64,000 nt of DNA from Balanoglossus misakiensis (taxonomy: Eukaryota > Animalia > Hemichordata). Below the pieces are notes generated by a model. It was not told the origin of the DNA and made no database searches. It saw only the letters and a program-made list of their open reading frames with translations. A program made the translations under genes and the position numbers. Shown here one piece after another: positions 35,951 through 46,614 of this stretch (positions are counted from its first letter, which is position 1; each line of letters begins with the position of its first letter). Location of the stretch: NCBI GenBank assembly GCA_040954595.2, contig CM082583.2:11506536-11570535 (forward strand), in the 5' to 3' direction.

Positions 35951-38900
35951 ATGTTTTTCGTGTTGGCGGGACTCCGAACATACCTGATCGACTATTCCTG
36001 CGTTCTCTTGCTGCACATCATTGTCGGAGGAGTTGTTGATATTCTGCGACTGGTCAGTTTGTCTTTAGAAATTGTACTCCAGTTTGGACCAAACTTGACC
36101 TCTAACGAGATCTCTGACAATTTTCATGCCCAGAACTACAACAACACGAATATCTCCTTTGCCAATAGTACAGTTGAGAATGAACATCCGTAAGTATATC
36201 AGTACGTTATACCAGGAATACAATATCTGGGTATTTTATTTAGGTCAAAGTTAATATCGCATTGGACAAGATGTTAATGGTGAATTTAGGTTTTCACCAT
36301 CTGATGTTGCTTATTTTTCGGTGATGATGGTGAATTAAGCAGACATAGCGTGAAACGAAAGAGTCAAATGAACAAGTCTTCCTGTAGCTTCTATCCCTAT
36401 CCAATATAATGACAAAATCACGCTTGGTCACGTCTTCAAATGTGTTGTAAATCATTGTGATCAATGCGCGAGTCATGCGTGGTACAATTGTACATGTACC
36501 ATTAACGCGGTCGACACATGGGCATTATTGGAGGAAACGACTGCAATGATGATGAACTGTGTGTATTGACGCGTCCACGCGCCACTTCCTGTTAAGAATA
36601 CGTGCGTTTTAGTCATAGTCCCTCCACTCAGAACTACGATTTCGTTCGTGGCGTTTCTTTTTCTGATGTAGCCAAGGACATTTCGAGATGTTAACAAGAT
36701 ACTTCAACACAAACATTGGGGAACTATAGACTGTGCCGCTGGGACAATAGTGTGTAACTACTACCGAGGGTCATCTTAAAATATTGCAAAGGTTCGTTTT
36801 TATGTGTAAGAAGGGAGAAGTAGTCACTTAATTTCCAAGTGACCACTCTTCTTCAGTGACATGCGGGAAATATGTCTACCCACCCCACGGTTATAATAAA
36901 TGAACGCTCCCTTACAAAGCAGACGACCTAATCAACTCTCAGATGGCGTTTATCTCAGCCGTTTTTTATTGTGTGGCAAACGCCATAACACCTGATGCTC
37001 CACTTGATGGATTTGATAAACTTAATATTTCGATTGGAGGAACTACAAGGTGTGATAAAAAGCGGGGTTTTATCTACACCTGATTTTTATCTACATCTTA
37101 TCCTTGTCAATAATTCCACATTAGCCTAACTGCGAATAAAACATTCGCGACACAAACAGAATTCGTATATGAAAGAGTGTCGTTGCCAATGGATTACTAA
37201 GTAAGGTTATCGGTCGACCCGCGTCATTTGGAACATTTTCATCAGCAATATTTCGAAAAGTGTAATCTTTATTTTTAAGTTTTCGCTTTGTTGATGAATA
37301 CTTTCATTTAAAAACTACATTTTCTGAAACACTATATAACACATACTGCAAACTTCAGCGAAAATTAGGAATTCCAAAAGCACTCACGTCTGCCGGTCAA
37401 TTTGCGATAAAATATTCAGGTGGACAATTGTGAAATAGTTAACCGCTGGATCTGTAAAGACTCGCGTTAAATTATCTGATCACGAACGATTTAAGAGAAA
37501 ACCATTTGCATGTTATTTGCATTTTTTATAGCGTTGTCTAATGAGGGTTCTGATATAAGTACCTCGTTACAGTCTAAATGTTCCATTTAAGATTCCACAA
37601 TTGGAGTTCAACTCGCTCCCTTGAATGTTTGTGTACATATATATTCTGGCGTGAAGCCAAAGTTGACTAGTGAATCATAAAAGGCAGGGACACTTTCACA
37701 AGTCTTAAGTACTCGCATCTTATTGTGCTGTCGTCATTCCACAAATTAACACCCACTTCGTTCTCGCCGCCTTCAAACCTGAATTCCTGTCCAAAGCCGC
37801 GGAAATGTTTACACGTCCCGCGTTAGTGACACACTGGTTTACGTCACATTAGACACTTCCGCTTTAGTTCAAAACGCAACTCCGGTTTGACGACACAATT
37901 TCAAATTTGTCACGGTGTTGTTGCGTGCATAATACATCAAATGGTTCTCCCCAAATGTGAAGACATAATTATCTGCAGTGTGTTATAGGAGAGGTCAAAG
38001 GTCGGTCCCTGGATTGTAAGTCATCCAACACAGCGTGTGCAAAACTACATACAGTGTAATGATATATATCGGTATACACTCTTCTGTCCACCTGAGACTC
38101 TATTTTATTAGGTGTTTTCGAACTGTTAATGTAAAACTAGGGCCAGTTTCTCAATAATGAAAGCTCTTCCCTTAATTCCTATTAACGACTTATCTCTCTG
38201 TACTGTACCTCGTTCAAATTTATGTCCGTCTTTCGTTCCATCGGAAAGCTACTGATTAATGGCCGTATGGGTAGGTCTTTCATTTGTATGCATGGCTGCC
38301 GAACACAGCTTTATGGCGTAACACTCATCAGACATCGCTCTGCGGAAACTGAACTTTCTTGAGACAGGTTTTGCGCCCAGCGTTTCATTACGCAGGGTTT
38401 GGTTCTGTTGCGACATATTGCCAATACATTCGAATTCAAATCACATTTATCATACTGGTCCCGTCATGTCAAATTATGTGCGAGTATTATTCACCTAACC
38501 ACATTATGCAGGGTCGACTGCTTTCGGAAAGAGCGTTCGGCAGATTTAGGCGGACAACAATCATGGCTGGCCATCGGCGGATTTTCGTGAATACTAACTT
38601 TGTTAATTACTAAGAGACTTACGAGATGTCAGTTATTCGTCTATCTGAGCAACTAACCTGTGATTTATTTATGCAAAAATTGTTTAAAGTGATAAATGAT
38701 ACCATAGTCGACAGAGTATAGCTCCTTGGTTTACATCAATCCCATTAAAACATGGAAAACGTTTGCAGGGACTGTTACCAGCTTTAGCATCGCCAGGAGA
38801 CCTAGTATTATAGGGTTCAATTAATGTCAACGGTGGACACACATTGTATGATCAACAGATCCCATATGCATGTATCAAAAATTAATATGTTGAATGTAAG

Positions 38901-41900
38901 TTGAATTATAAATCTTCAATACGTGATACAACAATTGTATGCGGAGATAATGTAAAGTCAACACGATGAAGCTGTTGCCATGGCAATATTATCATCCTCT
39001 TAAGGTGTGATTTAATCCTCATCCGCTCCACCCGCGAGCTGCAGATACGTGATGGCCAGGAAATTAAACGGAGACATTGATGTTTAGGATCAGTGTTTGT
39101 TCGACAGATGTCTGTGAAGCATATGAAGACTCCCGCGCTTCTTACGAAAATGGGGGTATAGTCAAGTGGCGTATCTTCAAAGTGTCCCGGTCGATCCATC
39201 TACACTTTGCGTGACCTGGTTTGCTTATGTAGCCAGCATGTCTCAGATGTCTGTTGAAAATGTACAGACTTTAAAACATCGAGTGAGCTCGCAAACACGA
39301 AAATCAATACAAGATCAATACAAGAATTAATACAACTTGCAGAATCAATACAAGAATTCCCAAAAGCAACTGAGTGTATACGGGAACATCACAGCAAAAC
39401 ATCTTGTATATGTCATCTCCTTGAATGCGATTAACTCTGTTGACATTGACGACCCTTGTGTCTCGGTCTCGCAGATGCCCGCGAGCTGCCCACTAGAATT
39501 TACGCTACTAATGATGCATCTTGGAGTTTGGTTCTGGACATAAAATTTAACGGTTTGGGGCAGCAATCAAAGGATTGCAGATTTTCGAACCGCTCTTAGT
39601 TACTGTGTATTTTCTTATCAACATGGCATGGCTGTCGACCTCAAAATTAATATACATAACTTGTCTTGAGACGGTACCAAGCAAACTAACATGCTAAATG
39701 AAGATCAGTCCATGTAAACCACGTTTTTTATCTTCTTTTTTAGAATTTGTTCCGTGATAACAGGGAAACAAAAGTATATATGTATCGTAATTCCGTCGGT
39801 AAGTAGGATTTTGAAATACAATTACGCATACTTATAATTCCGTTTTCAAATTGATCAACGTTGCAACTCCACATGTGCCATTACCTTTAATCACAAAAGT
39901 GGCGGTCCAACCTTGCATAAATTTTATTTCAATGCTATTTTTTTCAACTACCCACAGTTGGTGATAACGTTACTGTACTTACTCCTCACGAAGAGAAAGC
40001 GATGGTGTACCAATTGTTGCGATGGGCGACCAGGACTCGCAATGCAAGTATATTCTTCATTTCAAACCGATATTTCTACTGAAACGACACACGAAGCTCA
40101 CTTTGCGTTGTCTTCACCCCGGGGTCTCGTTGTTAACGTGTTTCAATTCATTTTCAGACCCGTCGACATGTTAACGGATCACAGAGATCGCCTTGGCTAC
40201 GTCTTTACCTTTGGGGCAGTTTCTCTAAACGTCTTCGAATTATTTATTGGCCGAACCTACTTCGATATTGATGGAATGACGTCTCTTGAATCAAAAGGTG
40301 GGTCAACGAGTTTTGTTCTAGGTCGATGTCTTACGGGCACAGACAATCCAACAGACGGGGAGAAGACAGTCTTTAAGAAAAAGCTGGTCTGAATCGAAGT
40401 CCCCCAACCTTTTAGCTTAAATTCCTGCAAGTTGCACCAGTTTTCATAACCAATGTATATCCGAATTCTAAAACAATCTCTGGCCCTGCAGTGGTATCCT
40501 TCGATATCGCTCCCCTCAAACCAATTTCCAGACAAATTTTGCATAATCAGCCACTTTTCCAATTATTTCCGCTAATGAAGACATTTCCGTATAATGTTCA
40601 GAAATATGTGAAAGAAACAGCGACACATTTCTTCTCCTCATAACAAGTTTAATTGTCTTTACTCCAATCTGTAATAAATTCTTTATTACCTCATCAGACC
40701 GTGAATTTTATTATGGTGATATATTTACTCCCCTTGTTTATTGCTGTGATGTCGCATATTGTAGATTCTAATGCAATGTTCTTGTTTCTTCTCGTTTAGT
40801 GTACGTGACTGCCATACACGTGTTGTACATTGGCGTGTGGAATTATCCATATTTCGCAACGATAGCCTTTCCTAATAAGCTGTTCGGTTCCGCCGTTGGT
40901 ATATTTCAAGGCACCATTGATTATGTCCTCTTTGGGATGCTACACATGATGTATTGTCAAGATATCACAATTGATGTCGGGGTAGGCAAACATCTGTTTT
41001 TTCCCCTTTCCTTCAAAAACTCGTTTCATTTTACTCCCTACGACACATCAGAACAACTGTTCCTGCATATTTTCTTACAGCCTGAAATTCTAAAGGGGAC
41101 CGTGGAAATGAATGTACTTACTGGAGTGACACAAACATTCTGGGCCCTCTACTACATTCGCTTAATCTGGATTCTCGTCAGGGAAGTGGTACGCAGAATT
41201 CGAAAATTGGTAAGACGCCAAGCTCAGCTCATGGTTAAATATTTCACAAAAAAACTAAAACATTTGATTTGGACAGAAATCTCATTAACACTGAGCACAT
41301 GTACATTTCAAAAATGGTTGATTTTAACTTTAAAAATGATTGTTTCTCCACAGAAAACAATTCCTAAGTCGTCCTTCAAGAGATTATCTGAGTCGATCTA
41401 CGTAAAGAATCTTTTGAAGAAGAAAGTAAAACACAGGTACGTTACATTTGTATGCCATTAGATAGCCGAACCATCGACGTTGGTCATGTTAAGTATTTAA
41501 ATTTTACTATATTTAGTATGACATGATATCTTAATATAATAAGTATTGCCAAACGTTTCTGTTCGCAACTACAGAATTGATCGTCAGTGCAGAATTAAAT
41601 ATTTCTGGCGTTGCCTCCTGTCGTCCCTGTACAAACCCATTCCGGGCTTCAAGTATTCCACACGGATGCTGGCGACATTTGTTATTGCGGTCACGTCTAT
41701 GTTGATGGCAAGTACTTAGCTCTTTGTTCGTAAACGATCAAAGTCAAATGTCCCTTGTCAGTTGGAATTTGAAATGCAATGCCTTTCACGTCGAACTTCC
41801 ACCACTTAAGTCAAGGACAATATTAGTTATTTCGTATGAATTGCATAGACGTCATTGTACTCATGGTGTCTATGCCTTCCTTGCAGCTTTTACTGTCGGA

Positions 41901-44551
41901 GATGGTGTACCTTAGAAAAACAAGAGCTGGCATTGACATATTTGCGGCGTATATTGCCAAGTGCCATGAGTATCTAAATGACATTGAAGAGGCTGGACAT
42001 GATGAAGTGACCGATCTGCTTGGGGATGGCTTAGCTTATGATGTTAAAGGCAAGTTTCACAGAGTGGGATGTTTCTTTGCTTGATCGTTCTTCCGGATAT
42101 GTGTGCCGATGTAACTCTCACTTTTATAATCTTCTCTTTGTGTCTTCAGCAATCATGTACGCGGCAGTCACAGCTGGGACGTTGGTTACGTTGATCTTTA
42201 CCCTGCAGACATTATCGAATTACAGGTAAGTTGGCGTCAGTGTGCTCCCACTGAATACTATTAGTTTAGATGAAAGAAAAGGATTTAGGGTATTTGATTT
42301 GGTTTTTATAAATTACTGATTGAATTTTACTACTGACTGATGACTATTGAACTCCTCTTTCGTCATAGGAAACATCTTATGATGATGTTCCGTGGAGACA
42401 AATCGCTGCTGCTAAATGAACCGCCTCCAAGTATAGCCATGGTAAGCATACATGTACTCTATTGCAAGCCAATAAACGTTGTTCCAGCGCGAGTTCCCAA
42501 TACGCTCCCCCCCCCCCCCCCCCCCCGGGTTCATGTTGTATGTCGAGTCGCACCTCTCGATAGCAACAGCTTGTGGCGGGTTTCTTGCTTAAATAAATTA
42601 TCATAAACCATATCGTTTCTAACTCGGTGTAACATTATCAGAAATCCCCCAGTTAAAGAAACTCATTAATTCTCAGTTCAAAAGCATATGTCACACGGTG
42701 TTCTAATAAAAGTTAGATTGATTTCGGTTTTAATATTTACATTATACGTATACATTGATTGATTTCTTTTCTCTTCTAGGTATGCTGTTTGAAGTATTCA
42801 GGATTCCAAGTTGGATTTATTCTCTGGGGCAAGTACTCTTCCTCATCAACGAAAGCTATCTGTCATCTCGGTCGCTCTCTTACGTTCTGACCACAATTCG
42901 CCTTTTCCGTTTTCATATCCCATCCCGCTGGCATTTAGCTATTTCATTTCCTTGGAATCGTTGCAGGTAGTTTTCCAAGCAATAACTTGGTACAAGAGAG
43001 CACACGCTGTGAATGTATCTGATCACGTCGACGTCGGTTCGTTTGGCACGGTGATCGATTGTGCACGACTGGTTGCAATTGTTCACCTCGTCTGAAAGAG
43101 ATACTGTTTCACTTGGATTAAACTGTATTTAGAGACATAATCTCACATATACAGACGAGTGCCCATTAATATAAAACCAAACAATAAACATTGTGTATTC
43201 TAAGCGATGGGTACCAATATCGACCACAATGATAACCTAACTTCTGTGTTTTATCTTTATAACAGCGTTTATACTGTTGCAAATATCGTTTGGTTTCATT
43301 ATGTTCTTCATATGGTACGAGATTGTTTTACCGGTGAAGTATGGCATCGATTCGAACGTGTCCAGTCATGTCGGCCTGATATGGTAAGTGCGGAGTATTT
43401 TGTTAAATTGATTTGAAGACAGTTGAATGTCAAGACACATATGAATGTGGCACACGCAATGATTTCTGTTGTTGAACTGTCCATTTATCTCTGCAGGCAG
43501 AGTGGCTCATTTGCCGGGCTCATCTATGTTTTACAACTTGTGCTGAGTCATTATGTGTTTCTGCATGACAGAGGGAAAACTGTCGGAGTCAACAACAGGT
43601 ACTTTTAATATTGTTTATCAATTTTCATTGTCAAATTATCAATATGTCAGCCTGTTTGCGGAAAACAGCTATTGTGTCATTCTGCCATTTGCATAATTTG
43701 CATATGTAATTATTATAAAAACTTTATTCTTTGCAGACGATTGTTTCACATCAGTTCCTACTTTTTGGTGTTTTACAACGTCGTTCTGGGAACCTTCACT
43801 TGTATCTCAAGATTTTTCAGAAGTTTAGTTCTCAGTTTGATATTCGTTGGACGATTGGACCAAGGAACCCTGCCAAGAAATTATGAGATTTGGGATCCAG
43901 GTAAATATGAAGAGAAACGATCATCTTTTTTAAACATATGCACGCAAATACTCGTGTCACCTGCTCATTGCTTGTACAATGTAGTCGTTTACTAGCAGAG
44001 CCCATGTCATTAACGATAGTTTTTTTTTCATTTCAGGTTACAGAGCGTATGTTGGTTTCCTCATCGTTGAAGAGGCTCACTGTCACCCCGTCTTGGTTAC
44101 ATTTTGTCGACTTGTTCAACGGACGCGGCACAGAGAGGAGAAATACTTAAAAGGTATCGTGCGCGCGTCTATTTCCATGAAAAAGAGTGAAAACACAACC
44201 CTTAGCGTTTAAACATATGCTGGTCTCAATGACAGATAAATATTGACTCGCTTATTTTGAAGAGGGCGCATCAGCCAGAACCGTATGGTTCTTGAAAACC
44301 AGGAGGCAAAGATGCCTGTTAATAATTCAATGTGTCACCCTCGAAGCAGTTTCATATCTGCATGGCAGCCATACTTCCATTCTCTTTCCACAGGAACGAA
44401 AACGGTGGAAATGCTCAAATATCAGCGACACAAGAGAGCGAGGAGGAAGTGGTTTATTGCCTACACCTTGATTCGAAATCCAAGTTTACGATGCCTTCGA
44501 TCACCAGTGACTCGTTCTCTGGAACAATGTGAATGTGTTTGCTTATCTTAA
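35951..44551 (+). CDS. STRA6/STRA6-like (RBP receptor family) multi-pass membrane protein, ~696 aa, 17 exons
   Basis: Exons 35951-36189, 39744-39798, 39958-40043, 40158-40297, 40800-40981, 41081-41233, 41354-41436, 41575-41707, 41887-42049, 42150-42225, 42369-42441, 42780-42828, 43266-43383, 43497-43598, 43737-43900, 44037-44153, 44394-44551 (2091 nt, open). GRPGLAIPVDML, YPYFA, PGFKYS, YSGFQVGFILW, NNRRLFH.SYFL.FYNVVLG, GRLD...DPGYRAYVGFL..E..HCHP, RARRKWFIAYTLIRNPSL. Confidence 0.9.
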
Positions 44552-46508
44552 AAATGTCCTAATGCTTACGCGGAGTCTTTAAAGATTAGTTTTTTCTTTC
44601 ATTTAGGAATACACACGCATAGATCAAAGTATAATTAGGATATACTGAAAATACAATGGTTCGATATCATAATTCATGAATCACTGATAAGACTATCTCG
44701 TAATGTCAATATTTTGAATAATTCAACTGTCTTGACTAATCCGACAGACTTCCCAACTGTAAACCCAGTGGGTAGACTCATTTCCGACTGTCAAAACATG
44801 ATTGATCTCGATGTCGTCGACGCATCAGACAAGATTATCCTTCTACACGACTGGGTATTCCTGGTAGAACAGTGTATTGATTCCACAGTCGACGCTGTGA
44901 ATTACCAAGTAACTGTTTATGGAATGATAACACGCTTAATCTATTATACAAGCAAAATCGAAATATGAAACCAAACTGTTGCATTCTTAATTTATGGCCG
45001 ATACCCTACAGAACCGCTGAAATATTCAATTACAAACTATGGAATACTGCCTCTCGGTCTCGGGGTTGTTTGAATATTTTATGATTTTTCGGAATATTGT
45101 CTGTTTTTAAATTGAATAATTTAGACTGCCATGGTAAGTATTTAACATAACCCTTGCCCGTTCGTTTGTAGGAAGTTTATTTAAGACTAAGGGTGTATCA
45201 TTTTGCGAAGGAGATTATTTAGAATCGTATAAATATACAGAATATAATTCTTCACTGTGCCATTATTTGCAGTCTTATGTGCGGTTTGCGTAGCCGTCGT
45301 CTGAATATACCAGCCGAAAGATGATTAGCTGTCCATAATTTGACGAATACGTCTGTGTTATTGTCACTTTCGTGTTATTTAAAGTGATCTCAATATCGGA
45401 AGCTGGGTCAGTTTGCATTTAGTAAATATTTACATTGTTCTGGAAAAAGTCATTATTGGAAAAATTATTTCTCGTATAGTGTATTGGTCGTAAAATGTCA
45501 CTTTTTGGTGTTTTTGTATGTTTTCATTTTAATACGTTAGCAATAAACTGAGTTACTACTTTGATTACTGTATGTGGTTTCTTCACTGCAATATAATATC
45601 ACTCCAGATGTCCGACATACTCTTTATGCAACATATTTCTTTATCAAATTAAAGTTTCATGGCTGCGGCACTTATAGCTATGTACGCTGGATTTCCATTA
45701 TAGCAACAATAATGTATGTTTATCAATGATACGTGTACACTACACCGTCGTACATGCGCTGTAACCGGAAACTAAAGTGATCCTCAGGCAGATATTATGG
45801 ACAAATGCAAAGCTTCGGCTACGTGGAATTATTTGATTGTCATGACTGAGAAAATATGCCGGATAAAATTTTCGGAGAAATTATTTAGTCATGTGATTTC
45901 TAGTGGGCGCACTTCATTCCCAAACTTAGCAAGCATGTAATCTTGACAAGTGTAGGCACCCTGCAGACAAACATTGAGAAAATGACGCGTGAATCTCGTT
46001 CTTACCGTCTGGTCACAGTCCAAAATAAAATAAAAACTTGTCGTGAAAGCGTTGAATCGTGCATTTAAGAAAGACAATTTCATCGGTGTTCTACCAATTT
46101 GAAAATTAGTCCTTGACATGTTATTTTGCCAAGATTATTTCTGACACATTTTGGTTAAACAAAGTTGTGCGCCCTCAAACTACTCAAACAACAACTCTCG
46201 AAAATAATGCCTTGTGGTCAGTGTTCTCTTATTTGTTTACCTGAGGAGGAGCATTCATTAGAACATCAACTCAAGGGAATACAAATTTCACTACAATGAG
46301 CGAAATTTTAGTCTATTTGTATTTTGCTGCATAAATAATGGAAACGAACAACTTGCTAGGTGCCGAATTTGGTTGTGTGCATCCCGCATAAAATATTAGC
46401 CAATATAAAAATTACAATACGAAGAAGTTAATTACGGTAAGTTAGATTCATGATATTCAATGACTTCTCTGCATAAAGATAATCATGGGTTATAGCTCAT
46501 GAAAATCT

Positions 46509-46614
46509 TCATTTTTTGAAAAAAATCATGGGTTATAGCTCATGAAAATCTTCAAAAATCGACGATTTTTGAAGATTTTCCTGAGCTATAACCCATGTTT
46601 TTTTCAAAAAATGA
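46509..46614. repeat. ~105-bp near-perfect palindrome at the satellite border
   Basis: Arm CATGGGTTATAGCTCATGAAAATCTTCAAAAATCG, centre A (46562), arm CGATTTTTGAAGATTTTCCTGAGCTATAACCCATG (1 mismatch); extends into flanking A/T tracts. Confidence 0.9.

Noticed and set aside
36765-36915. Possible MITE end (…ATAATAAATGAACGCTCCCTTA)
   Set aside because: No matching second terminal inverted repeat or TSD found in the window.
39301-39357. Short AATCAATACAAG repeats; also C20 run at ~42506 and G run at ~24274
   Set aside because: Ordinary intronic low-complexity slippage products.
42939-43095. Possible STRA6 exon reading YFISLESLQ...
   Set aside because: Phase incompatible with the upstream donor and runs into a stop; exon 43266-43383 fits both phase and homology.
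44528-44551. CaaX prenylation signal at the STRA6-like C-terminus (CECVCLS)
   Set aside because: No Cys at position -4; at most a palmitoylation candidate.
44714-45140. 84-aa ORF and a GTAAGT donor downstream of the STRA6-like gene
   Set aside because: Non-ATG start, no recognisable homology, no consistent exon chain.
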